A DNA stretch of 44,481 nt from Chiloscyllium plagiosum (GCF_004010195.1 NC_057749.1:17971069-18015549); one strand, 5' to 3'; numbered from the stretch's first letter, positions 23,977 through 35,749 are shown. A program made the numbers and translations. Notes: a model not told the origin generated them from the letters alone.

Positions 23977-26724
23977 TCAAAAAGGGCCACACATCCTATA
24001 AAAGATTTCTGTTTTCTGGTGCACCATACATGTAAGGAAGTCTAGGGGGATGTGCTGCATACTAACCTTCGCCAGCCCAAGACTCCTGGGGGGATTTTCT
24101 GACACCCAGCTCAAGAGAATGTTCTTCCTCGCACAAAATGAAAGAATATTAAACAATTTCTTCCCATGCGCATCTAAAGAGGGGAGATTCGACAAACCCA
24201 AGAGGAGGGTCACTGGATCTACCTTGACCTCGGTTCCCAAGACCCTTCCAATTTATTTATGAAGCTTGTAGCATGACCACAAGCAATGGGTAAGAGTGCC
24301 AACATCTATTTTACATTTGGGGCACAATGGAGTCGCTCCTGTCTTGAATTTCGCAAGCCACTCTGGTGCCAGGTAAGCCCTTCAGTTGCATAGCCTGCAT
24401 CGTGTTGCAAATCAAAATCTTCCTTACATTCTCCTAAATATCCTCCCACACCTCTGACGAGATCTCCACCCCCAATTCCTGAATCCAGATCCCTCACAGC
24501 CGCTTAATGTCCTTCGAGACACTACCTCCTAATAAATGACCAGGAGAGTACCCATGGACCGAAGTACTCTCCTCTCCATATGGAGACTAACCATGAGTGT
24601 GGTCTTTTTCTGGATAAAGTTCCTCATCTGAAAGTAATGAGAGAGGTCCATCTTAGATAGCTCATATTTCTGACTCAACTGCTCAAAAGACATCTTGGCC
24701 TCCCCGTCAAACGAATCTCCCAAACAGGGGATTTCCCTCTGGACTCTCAGAGCCTAAAGCTAGAGTCCATCAATCCCGGCCGGAATCCTAACATTCCCAC
24801 TATGGGAGTAAACAGGGGAGTTTTTGTAAGTTGCCCTCATTTTGCTGCATCATTCTCCATGCTTTAACAGTGTTAAGGACAATCGGATTTCTGCAATGGT
24901 CCGTAACAGTCCTCATCTTGTCCATGGGCAGCCTCCCTGGGCAGCCACAAGGGGAATATTCACATGGGATAAACTAAATGAGGAAGAACATTGATTTTAA
25001 CCAGAGCTATTCCACCCAGCCAGGATACCGGAAGATCCTCCCAGTGCTGAAGGTCCTGTCTTCTCTAGCAACTGCACAAAGTTAGCTTTATATAATTGAT
25101 CGAAGGCCAGGGTGATTAAAAACGCCTAAATACAAAAAAACCTCCCTGTGACCATCTGAGAGGGCTTTGGATTCCAGCCCCAAGATTGGGTACTCTAATA
25201 AGACCCCGACAGGCATGGCCTCCATTTTCATAAGATTGATTTTATACCCTGAGAAAGAGCCAAATAAATTAATCACTTGTATTAAACAGGGCACAGATAT
25301 CATTGGGCTAGCTAGAAAGAGAAGACCATCATTGCATGAAGGATGATCTTCTGCCTTCATGATCCTACCTCTGGGGCAGTTAGATTGGGGTCCGTCCAGA
25401 TGGCCTCTGCCAATGGCTCAAGCACCAATGTAAATAGCAACAGGGAAAGGGGGCACCCTTGTCGGCTGCCTCTGTCAATGCTAAAATTATCAGGCCTTAT
25501 GCCATGAGTGAGAACCGCTGCCTAAGGATCACTATATATCACTGCCACCCACCTGGCAAAAACCCCTCCAAGACCAAACCGTTCCAGGACATAAAAGAGG
25601 TATGGCCAGTCCACCCGGTCAATGCTTTCCCTGCGTCCAGGGAGACTACCAAACTCGGAATTGACCCTTACTGGCACACCTGAGTCATATTTAGCACTCT
25701 CCTAAATTTATTAGAGGACCTGTGACCCCTAATAAAACTGTCTGGGCCTCTTTTACAATGAAGGGCAAGACCTTATCCAGCCTTAAAGCCAGCATTTTCG
25801 ACAAAATGTTAAAGTCCACATTTAATCACAAGATGGGCCTGTATGAAGTGCAATCCTCTGGGGCTTTCTCTCTCTTGAGAATAAGAGAAATGTATGCTTC
25901 TCTCTGGGAGGGTGGGAGGCAGCCCTGACTGTACGAATAATTGTACATATCCAACATTGGCCCAGACAGCATGTCTATAAATTCCTCATAAACCTCACTC
26001 TGAAATCTATCTGGGCCAGGCGCTTTACCACTCTGGAGCTGCCTCACCGCCTCCTGTATCTCTTGGATACCTGCTCCAAAACTCCACCTGGGAGGTCAAT
26101 AGTCTTAAAAAAGGAATCCAACTTCACCAATCTGTCCTCTCAGCCCTCCCGACCAGTACAACCACAGCAGAACTTTCTGAATGCTGCATTAACTTTTTTA
26201 GAATCGCAATAGAGAGTACCAGCACCCTCTTTAATGAACGTGATAGATTGGGGGCACTCTTCTTTCTGGCCAAGTACACCATACTCGAATAACCCTTTGT
26301 TTCGCAAAGGAAATCTCCCTCGTTGCTGTCTGGGTGAGCACAGCATTCAGAGCAGCCCTGAGGGTTGCAATCCACTGCGACTTAGTTACAGTCGGTCTGC
26401 CAAACTACGCTGTATTAAAGCTTTGAGGATCAGAAACCACCCACATTCATCCTTAATTTGATCTAACAAGCTGAAATGCAATGTTCTTCTGAATGAGTAT
26501 AGCTACTACTCTACTTTTCAAATTAAAGAATGAGAAAAACACCTGGCCGAACCCTCCCGGGTGTAACTTTAAGTGCTCCTTATCAGTTAGATGTGTTTCT
26601 TGCAGCAACGCTACATCAACTCTTTCTTTTTAAGTCTTGAAAGTATCTTTTTTCTCTTAATCGATGAGTGACTCCCCTTAATGTTCCAGGTGCACCATTT
26701 AAACAAACGGTTAGCCATAGCCAT
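23977..26724 (-). pseudogene. L1 ORF2p remnant (APE endonuclease + RT), disrupted
   Basis: Starts MAMANRLFKWCTWNIKG; VDVALLQETHL; GKAPGPD...SYRPI; FGSFSGYKINLMK. Many stops, frameshifts and deletions. Confidence 0.88.
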
Positions 26725-27268
26725 TCGGAACAGTCTGTGGCCCCTCAGGAGGAAGAACCTCATTTAGAGCGCACTGAGTGAAAACAGTAAACAATTTGTA
26801 TTAACTTGAAAATACAACTACAAAAACTACCAAATCAAAACTTCTAACAACTACTTTTACAATGAAGCAACAGACATCACAATAAAGAGGAGACCTTCCC
26901 CCTTGTCCACAGGGGGGCGCTCATATTACCCACTAACCCCATGGATCCTTCTAGCCGAAGCCACACCCCAAACCCAGACAAAACAAAGTACAAAGAAGTT
27001 ACACACGTCTTACAACAAGCAAATTAAAAGTGGGCATTCAACCCATCCCATCCATCCTTTGACCTGAGGCAGTCCTGGTTAACAAATAGACACCCCACCC
27101 CCCAACCCTGTACTAAGAAAGAGAAACGAAAAGGGAATGATAGAAAAGCAAAGGATTATGGGAGGGGAGAAAGAAGGGGGAGGAGAGAGGAAGAAAGAGG
27201 AAAATAAAGGGAGACCCCTCATATTAAAAAGACAAAATCAGGTAAACCAGGCAAAGTACAGAAAAGAA

Positions 27269-27528
27269 GTTAAAAAATCACACAAAACCACGTTATAGTC
27301 CAACAGGTTTAATTGGAAGCACTAGCTTTCGGAGCGTCACTCCTTCACCAGGTGGTAGTGGAGGACACTATTGTAAGACACACAATCATGTCCTCCACAA
27401 CCACCTGATGAAGGAGCGACGCTCCGAAAGCTAGTGCTTCCAATTAAACCTGTTGGACTATAACGTGGTTTTGTGTGATTTTTAACATTGTCCACCCCAG
27501 TCCAACACCGGCATCTCCAAATTATGAC
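27269..27528 (+). mobile_element. Penelope-like fold-back element inserted in the L1 inter-ORF spacer
   Basis: ~97-bp inverted arms (27269-27366 / 27390-27486) plus a 42-bp tail; approximate TSD tacagaaa(a)gaa at 27257-27268 and 27529-27539. Confidence 0.9.
27402..27436 (+). ncRNA. Minimal type I hammerhead ribozyme motif
   Basis: cac-CTGATGA-a-ggagc-gac-gctcc-GAAA-gc-TA-gtg. Core intact, 5-bp stem II, palindromic AGCT stem III, cac/gtg stem I. Confidence 0.75.
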
Positions 27529-27581
27529 TACAGAAAGAAACAAAGTGACCACGATGGTCCATATTATTTGAGCCAGCCAGT

Positions 27582-28312
27582 CTATTTTAAGGTGCCCAGG
27601 AAGTCCTTAGCCTTTTCCGATGAGTCAAAATTAAACATGGACTCTCCATGGCTGAAACGTAATATTGCCGAACATCTTAGAGAGTACTGAATATTCAAGC
27701 CCCTCAGCCTCCTTTTCACCTCATCAAAGGCCTTGCTCTTACAGATTACGGCAGTAGAAAAGTCTTGAAACAACAGAATTCTTAATACTTTATATGTCAC
27801 AGCCTGGGGATCCTAAAAGCTTCCAGCACCATTTGCTTGTCTCTATAGTGCTGGAGTTGCGCTAGGACCAGGCGAGGGTGCTGGTCTGACCTGCACCAGC
27901 GCACTGTGACCCAGTGGGCCCATTCAACCCGCACCCAGTCCACCCTGATCCCCAGCTTCAAAACCTGCAAGAGCCATTGCTCCAACCTGCTGTTCCAGGG
28001 CCTGGACCCAGCCCTCTGAAGGTCCTACCGCGGTTTCAGAAGTTGCGGCACAGTACTCCACCTCCACAACATTGGAACTCCTGGTCATGCTTCTGCAGCA
28101 TGGCTGAGATCGGTTCCAGCCTGGTTCGGGTCTCCTCCATCGCTGCATCAATCTTCTCTCGGAGTTTCACGAACTCCGAGACCCAGGCTCTGTTCCGCAA
28201 GTAAGTCTCCAGCAGTGTTGGCAGAGGCCAACACCATGGGCACGGGCGTGTCCGGCACTGCAGGGGTGTGACCTGCTGGTTCCAATCCTCGTTGTTCTTT
28301 TCCCTTAGTCAT
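27582..28312 (-). pseudogene. L1 ORF1p remnant
   Basis: Starts MTKGKEQRG; RVEWAH...HPRLVLAQLQHYRDKQMVL; ILLFQDFSTAV...AFDEVKRRLRGLNIQYSL...FDSSEKAKDFL, typical of ORF1p RRM/CTD. Frameshifted. Confidence 0.85.
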
Positions 28313-28462
28313 CTTCCTTAATCAGCAAAATATGACTGGAGATCTAAAACTGCCAGTTTTTACCCCCATAACGAGAAAGGGAGGGTAAATCCACCATTTT
28401 GCCTGAGTCATGGTGCAGAGCTCAGCAGGACAGACCTACTGGATCGCTGCCATCTTGGGTCT

Positions 28463-28798
28463 CCCTCATTAATCTTCTTAGTTGCTTCCTGAGTAAACTC
28501 AATCAGGTTTGAGAGATTGAATCTCCCTCGTGCAAAGCCATGCTGACTATCCCTAATCAGTCCTTGCCTCTCCAAATGTATATACGTCCTATCTTTTGTA
28601 ATCACTTCCAACAACTCACCGACATCAGGCTCACTGGTCTATAGTTCCCAGGCTTCTCCTGACAATCTTTCTTAAACAAAGGCACAACATTAGCCACCCT
28701 CCAGTCATCAGGCGCTTCATTCATATACAAATATTTCTGCAAGTGGCCCCACAATTTCCTCCCTAACTTCCCACAACATCATGGGATACTATAGATCA
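28463..28798 (-). mobile_element. CR1 host copy, middle segment
   Basis: HLERQGLIRDSQHGFARGR...KKINEG continues exactly from the break at ~23500. Confidence 0.9.
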
Positions 28799-28799
28799 T

Positions 28800-30270
28800 A
28801 TCATACAGTCATTGAGTCATCGAGATGTACAACACGGAAACAGACCCTTCTGTTCAACCCATCCATGCCAACCAGATATCCAAAATTAATCTAGTCCCAT
28901 CTGCCAGCACTTGGTCCATATCCCTCCAAACCCCTCCTATTCATATACCCATCCAAATGCCTCTTAAATGTTGCAATTGTACCAGCCTCCACCACTTCCT
29001 CTCACAGCTCATATCATACCCGTACCACGCTCTGTGTGAAAAGGTTGTCCTTTAGGCTTCTTTTATATCTTTCCCCTCTCACCCTAAAACTATGCCCTCT
29101 ACTTCTGGACTGCCCTACCCCAGGGAAAAGATCTTGTCTATTTACCCTATCCATGTCCCTCAGGAGTTTATAAACCTCTATAAGGTCACCCCTCAGCCTC
29201 TGACGCTCCAGGGAAAATAGCCCCAGCCTATTCAGCCTCTCCCTGTAGCTCAAACCCTGGCAACATCCTTGTAAATCTTTTCTGAACCCTTTCAACTTTC
29301 AGATCATCCTTCCGATAGGAAAGAGACCAGAAATGCACATAATATTCCAACAGTGGCCTAACCAACTTCCTGTACAGCTGCAACATGACCTCCCAACTCC
29401 TGTACTGAATGTTTCTGACCAGTAAAGGAAAGCATACCAAACGTCTTCACTATCCTATCTACCTGCGACTCCACTTTCAAGGAGCTAGGAACCTGCACTC
29501 CAAGGTCTATCTGTTCAGCAACACTCCCTAGGACCTTACCATTAAGTGTATAAGGACCATCTGATTCAGATCCTGTTGTAATCTGAGGTAACCTTCTTTG
29601 CTGTCCACTACTCCTCCAATTTTGGTGTCATCTGCAAACTTACTAACTGTACCGCTTATGCTCGCATCCAAATCATTTATATAAATGATGAAAAGCAGTG
29701 GACCCAGCACCGATCCTTGTGGCACACCACTGGCCACAGGTCTCCAGTCTGAAAAACAACCTCCACCACCACCCTCTATCTTCTACCTTTGAGCCAGTTC
29801 TATATCGAAATGGATGGTTCTCCCTGTATTCCGTGAGATCTAACCTTGCTAACCAGTCTCCCATGGGGAACCTTGTCGAACGCCTTACTGAAGTCCATAT
29901 AGATCACACCTACTGCTCTGCCCTCATCAATCCTCTTTATTACTTCTTCAAAAAACTCAATCAAGTTTGTAAGACATGATTTCCCACGCACAAAGGCATG
30001 TTGACTATCCCTAATCGGTCCTTGCCTTTCCAATTACATGTACATCCTGTCCCTCAGGATTCCCTCCAACAACCACCACCAAGTCAGGCTCACCGGTCTA
30101 TAGTTTCCATGGATTGTCCTTACCACCTTCTTAAACAGTGGCACCATGTTAACTACCAGTCTTCTGGCACCTCACCTGCGACTATCGATGATACAAATAT
30201 CTCAGTAAAGGGCCCAGCAATCACTAGATTCCCACAGAGTTCTAAGGTGCACCTGATCAGGTCCGGGGGA
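28800..30270 (-). mobile_element. Younger HER1-like CR1 nested in the host CR1
   Basis: New 3' tail at 28800-28850; [41 protein letters not shown]. Confidence 0.92.
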
Positions 30271-30755
30271 TTTAACCACTTGTATATTTTCTAAGACTAT
30301 CAGTAATTCCATTTCAGTAATGTGAACTGTTTTCAAAAAAGTTATATTTATTTCCTAGGGTTCTCTAGCTGCCATTTCTTTCTCCACAGTAAAAACTGAT
30401 GCAAAATATTCATTTAATATCTCTCCCATCACCTGAGGTCCAAGGCAAAGACAATTTCTTTGATCTTTAAGGGGTCCTACTCTCTCTCTTGGTCTCTTGC
30501 CCTTAATGTACTTGTAGAACTTCTTTGGATTATCCTGAACATTATTTGTCAAGACTATCTCATATCCGTGCTTTGCCTTCCAGATCTCCCTGTTAAGAAT
30601 GCTCCTTACACTCTTTATTCTCTTCAAGAGTCTCATTTCAACCCAGTTGTCTGTATCCAATGTGTATTTTTTTTATACTTCACTAGAACCTCATTATCTC
30701 TAATCCATTGTTTTGTAATCCTACCAGCCTTACCTTTCACTCTGTTGGGAACATA
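30271..30755 (-). mobile_element. CR1 host copy, 5' segment
   Basis: NPKKFYKYIKGK...EILNEYFASVFT; closely matches 17770-18255. Confidence 0.88.
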
Positions 30756-30814
30756 ATGACTAACATGTTCAGATTATTTTCACACAAAGTGTTTGTAATT
30801 TGTACATCAACACC

Positions 30815-30910
30815 TCTGGCTGGGCCAGCATTTACTGCACATCCCTAATTGAGGTTAAGAGTCAAACACGTTGCTATGGGTCTGGAGTCACGGGTCAGGA
30901 TGATAGATTA
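30815..30910 (-). mobile_element. SINE 3' fragment (same family as 10555-10963)
   Basis: ctggctgggccagcattta...ccctaatt...gttaagagtcaa...ggtctggagtcac is the reverse complement of the 10845-10930 region. Confidence 0.7.
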
Positions 30911-30913
30911 CCT

Positions 30914-32080
30914 TTTATATAAATGATTTGGATGTGAGTATAAGAGGTATAGTTAGTAAGTTTGCAGATGACACCAAAATTGGAGGTGTAGTGAACAGCA
31001 AAGAAGGTTACCTCACATTACAACAGGATCTTGACCAGATGGGCCAATGGACTGAGAAGTGGCAGGTGGAGTTTAATTCAGATAAATGCGAGGTGCTGCA
31101 TTTTGGAAAAGCAAATCTTAGCAGGACTTATACACTTAATGGTAAGGTTCTGGGGAGTGTTGCTGAACAAAGAGACCTTGGAGTGCAGGTTCACAGCTCC
31201 TTGAAAGTGGAGTCGCAAGTAGATAGGATAGTGAAGAAGGTGTTTGGTATGCTTTCCTTTATTGGTCAGGAGTTGGGAGGTCATGTTGCGGCTGTACAGG
31301 ACATTGGTTAGGCCACTGTTGGAATATTGCGTGCAATTCTGGTCTCCTTCCTATTGGAAAGATGTTGGGAAGCTTGAAAGGGTTCAGAAAAGATTTACAT
31401 GGACGTTGTCAGGGTTGGGAGATTTGAGCTATAGGGAGAGGCTGAACAGGCTGGGGCTGTTTTCCCTGGAGCGTCGGAGGCTGGCTGAGGGGTGACCTTA
31501 TAGAGGTTTATAAAATCATGAGGAGCATGGATAGGGTAAATAGATAAGATATTTTCTCTGGGGTCAGGGAGTCCAGCACTAGAGGGCGTAGGCTTAGGGT
31601 GAGAGAAGAAAGATATATGCAGAGGGTGGTAAATGTATGGAATGAGCTGCCAGAGGATGTGGTGAATGCTGGTACAATGCTTAAAAATGTGTTGCTGGAA
31701 AAGCACAGAAGGTCAGGCAGCATCTAAGGAACAGGAGAATCGACGTTTTGGGCATAAGCCCTTCTTCAGGAATCCCTGAAGAAGGGCTTATGCCCAAAAT
31801 GTCGATTGTCCTGTTCCTTTGATGCTGCCTGACCTTCTGCGCTTTTCCAGCAACATATTTTTAAGCTCTGATCTCCAGCATCTGCAGTCCTCACTTTCTC
31901 CCAGTGCTGGTACAATTGCAACATTTAAGAGGCATTTGGATGGGTATATGAATAGGAAGGGTTTGGAGGGAAATGGGCCAGGTGCTGGCAGGTGGGACTA
32001 GATTGGGTTGGGATCTCTGGTCAGTGTGGACAGGTTGGACCGAAGGGTCTGTTTCTGTGCTGTACATCTCTATGACTCTT
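30914..32080 (+). mobile_element. HER1-like CR1 3' portion, interrupted by a Penelope-like element
   Basis: [21 protein letters not shown], tail ctctatgactc. Confidence 0.93.
31679..31904 (+). mobile_element. Penelope-like fold-back element with 12-bp TSD
   Basis: Arms 31679-31770 / 31775-31866 plus tail; TSD tgctggtacaat at 31667-31678 and 31905-31916; core CTGAAGA-a-gggc-ttat-gccc-AAAA (mutated). Confidence 0.92.
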
Positions 32081-32532
32081 TAAAACATTGTGGGAAAACC
32101 CATCTGGTGCACTAATCATCTGACAGTGGTCATCATCAGAATCTTAATTCCACTATCAGACATGGCAGGATTTAAACCCATGTTCCAAAAGCCTGGTTCT
32201 GTGTCTCTGAATGACTAACTTACTGACGTTACCATTCACCCCCACCTCCCTTCACGCTGATTGCTGCAATTTTACAGGTGAATCAAGCAGCACTCACTTT
32301 TTATCATCGACCGTCAGGGTCTTTTCCAAAAACTGATGACTCAATCTCTGAAACATTGTACTGTTTCTATTGTCACATTTCAATTTATCAATTTAATCCC
32401 CCTCCCACAGCCCCATGTACACTCGCCTTGAATATTCCAGGGAAAATTTAGGTCAAACATGTCCCAATAAGGATGGGAACAGACATCAGAGGTTCATCCT
32501 TCTTCCCACCGTATTCCCATTGCATCGGTTTT

Positions 32533-32851
32533 AGATTAGATTAGATTAGATTAGATTACTTACAGTATGGAAACAGGCCCCTCGGCCCAACAAGTCCACA
32601 CCGACCCGCCGAAGCGCAACCCACTCATACCCCTACATTTACCCCTTATCTGACACTACGGGCAATTCAGCATGGCCAATTCACCTGACCTGCACATCTT
32701 TGGATTGTGGGAGGAAACCGGAGCACCCGGAGGAAACCCACGCAGACACGGGGAGAACGTGCAAACTCCACACAGTCAGTCGCCTGAGGCGGGAATTGAA
32801 CCCGGGTCTCTGGTGCTGTGAGGCAGCAGTGCTAACCACTGTGCCACCGTG
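32533..32851 (-). mobile_element. Young V-SINE (HE1-like) with (TCTAA)n tail
   Basis: Minus head cacggtggcacagtggttagcactgctgcctcacagc, B-box ggttcaattcc, V-domain, CpGs retained, (TTAGA)5 at the end. Confidence 0.93.
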
Positions 32852-33490
32852 GCACAGGCCCTTTACTGAGAGTCTCCCAACAATGATGGAATCTGAATAA
32901 ATACACTCAGGATACAGCACATCCCCCTGCTGTCTCAGTCAGTCCCTTGCTGGCCAATATTTTATTGCCCGATGATCTCTCCTACCCAGACTCTCTGTCT
33001 CTCTTCCATTACTGCCAACTGTGTCATTAATAAAGCTGAGAACCCAGAAAGGAAATCAATTGTATCCTGTTTTCTCAGCATCAAATCTCCGCACTGCCCT
33101 GCCTGATTAGCAAAGACTGCTCGCAAATGTGGCTGGGACCAAGCGAATCAATAATCTATAAATAATACCCACAATTACAAAGGATCTAGTGCATTGTCTG
33201 TCTCCCATTCTTTGGAAATTGATGATGAGTAATGTCCTCACCTAAATCTGATGTCAAGGAATGTCTACACTTCAGACTGGGATTATACTCCTTGGGATGT
33301 CAAAGAATGGAGGGGAGATCTTACAGAATCATACACAATTCTGAAGGGAATCGATAGGATAGGTGCGGGGCGGGGCGGGGGGGGGATTGTTTCCACTGGT
33401 GGATGAAATTAGAACCAGAGGACATCACCTCAAAATAAAGGGGGAGCAGCTTTCGGACTGAGTTGAGGAAGAACGTCTTCAGCATTGGAA

Positions 33491-33650
33491 AGTGTGGCAC
33501 TGGAAACGCACAGCAGGAATTCCTGATGAGGGGCTTATCCCCGAAACGTCGATCCTCCTGCTCCTCGGATGCTGCCTGACCTGCTGAGCTTTTCCAGCAC
33601 CACACTCTCGACTCTGGCTCTCCAGGATCTGCAGCCCTCACTTTACCCTG
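33491..33650 (+). mobile_element. Penelope-like insert with truncated left arm
   Basis: gtgtggcactggaaacgcacagcagg mirrors cctgctgagcttttccagcaccacac; family tail atctgcagccctcacttt. Confidence 0.8.
33515..33556 (+). ncRNA. Minimal hammerhead ribozyme motif, canonical core
   Basis: tc-CTGATGA-GGGG-cttat-CCCC-GAAAC-GTC-ga; GUC cleavage triplet ends at 33550; stem I is weak or bulged. Confidence 0.75.
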
Positions 33651-34134
33651 GTCAAGGACGTTCTTCCCCCATTGGGTTGGGAATCTGTGGGATTCCCTGC
33701 CCAGTGAAGCAGTTGAGGCTTCCTCATTGAATGCTTTTAAGGCAAAGCTGGATAGATTTTTGAACAGTAAAGGAATGAAGGATTATGGTCTATCCTGCTC
33801 CAAGTTCTTATGGTCTTAAGATCATGATCAATGCAGTGAAATCCTGTGATTGGGAGGCATTAACTCCCTAACCCTGTGGATCATTGTGAATGTCCATTGT
33901 CCAGTCTGACTCTGGATGGACCCTGTCTCTGTTCCGATCAGCTTTTGATTGTTCATTGCTATTTACAATGATGGCATTGACCCGGAACTGATACCCAGTG
34001 ACTGCTGCTGTACACCGTGTGAGGGGCATACACTGTGTTATATCTCAACAATTAGAGCAAGCCCACGAGGCAGTGGGTCACTGGGGAAGGTGGGGATGGG
34101 CGGGGGGGGGTAAGTGGTGAAGGCTCACTGGCGG

Positions 34135-35030
34135 AGTTTTCAGATGATACAAAGATAGGTCGGGAAGAATGTTGCATCAGAGACATAACGAGGTTGCAGA
34201 TGGATAAAGGTATGGTCAGTGAGTAGGTCAAAAACTGGCAGATGGAGTGGAAGGTGGGAGGATGTGAAATTGTTCACTTCAGCTGGAAGAACACAAACAG
34301 TGAGAGTGAGTGAAATGGAGAAAGTGTGCAGAATTTGAGAAGGATCTCGGTGTCCTGGTGCCTATATCACAGCGGGTTCATGCATGTCTGCAGAGAGGAA
34401 TTCAGCTGGTGCTGATGGAATGCTATCATTGATTGTAAGAGGAATTGAACATTATAATATGGATATTGTGTGTCATTTATACAGGGCCTTTGTGAGACCA
34501 CATCTCCACTACTGTGGGCTGGTTTGGTCTCCTTGTTGAAGGAAGGATGTAAATACATTGGGAGCTGGTTCAGGGGAGGTTTACCAGAGGGAGAGCTGGA
34601 ATGAGTGGGTTGTGTTATGGGGAAAGGGGGGACAGACTGGGCTTGTTTCCACTGCGGGTGGAAGGGGGGTGTGGTGAGGGGTGACTGATTGATGTGGATA
34701 AGATCTTGATGGTCTGGACAAGGTGACCATGGAAAGGATGTTTCCTCTTGTGGGTGAGTCTAGGATTAAGGGGCACTGTTATACAATTCGGGTTTTAAAA
34801 CAGGCAAGGAGAAAGGTTGCCTCTCGGAAGTTTGTGCAGGCTTGTACAGCAGCCAAGGTGGAGTCGGTGCACATTGTGGTGGCAGAGGTAGATAGATCTG
34901 TGTCAGGAATCGAATCCGAGGTTGTTGAGGATAAACAGGAATGTGGGATTCATGTCTGAAACAGATCATCAGGCCATCTTATTAAACTGTGCAGGAGGCT
35001 CGAGGGGCCAAATGGCCTGATTTTCTAACC
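34135..35030 (+). mobile_element. Old, highly decayed CR1-group LINE
   Basis: tttcagatgatacaaagataggt (F.DDTKIG), LVRPHL..C...WSP region, ERMFPLVGESRIKGH, tail gaggggccaaatggcct. Confidence 0.8.
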
Positions 35031-35749
35031 GTGGCTGTTTGTACCACATGGAACATGGTGTTGCTGATTGGCTGCAATTCCTTGGGAGTGTGAAAAGTGC
35101 TGCAGAAATGTAGGTCTCGCTTCCTTTCTGTTTTTGTTTACTTCAGTCTTTTTGAGAAAGATTTCCAGCCCTCAGCTCATACATTCCCAGTCAGCAAACT
35201 CACTATCAGAAGCTACTGCTACCAGAGGTCCAATTAGACTCACTGTTTCATCCAGACCCAGCTCAAGTTTAGTGTGAATTCAGATAAAACTCTGAGCATA
35301 CTGGGACAGCAGACTAATTAAAAAGAGACTTTCAGGAATCTTTAAAACCCAGAATATCCATTAAACATCCTGCAGCTTTATCAAGTGAAAAGGAATTAAA
35401 TATAGGTGGAAACGAATGAGCAGCACAATGTGTTTGCTGCCAAGGTGACAGGTAGGTACACAAATGGGAGGTGTCAGTAAACTGCTGCACCATCACAATG
35501 GTCAGATTGCTGTGGGATAGGAACTTGGGAGAATGGGAAAGGGCAGTGCGGAACTTGGAGTTCAGAAAGTGCAGACTCCGACTCCCTTCACCAAGTGCCT
35601 GAGACCTCTTTGCCTGCTCCTCAATGACACTCCCCCCCCCACCCACCAATGACTCTCCCACCTATTTACTTCCCCTCCCACAATGCAGTTCTGTGGAAAT
35701 ACTGTCTAACTTGCAAAGAGTTAGGACATTAACCCAACTGCCTTTCATT

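Larger units (their letters stand above)
23506..28462 (-). mobile_element. Near full-length decayed L1-clade LINE
   Basis: 5' caagatggc (YY1-like, 28449-28457); ORF1; intergenic spacer; ORF2 with APE endonuclease and RT motifs; 3' AATAAA signals near 23507-23527; degenerate TSD ccctca(tt)aatctt at 23496-23506 and 28463-28476. Confidence 0.9.
33310..33820 (+). mobile_element. Old CR1-group LINE 3' fragment hosting a Penelope-like insert
   Basis: gaggggagatcttacagaa (RGDL.E), gaatctgtgggattccctgccc (LWDSLP), tail ttcttatggtctta. Confidence 0.75.

Noticed and set aside
32780..32851. tRNA-like A/B boxes
   Set aside because: They are the head of a V-SINE, not a tRNA gene; the same applies near 1833 and 36076.
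33219..33257. C box (TGATGA) and D box (CTGA) with short terminal complementarity
   Set aside because: Only about 40 nt, too short for a C/D snoRNA.
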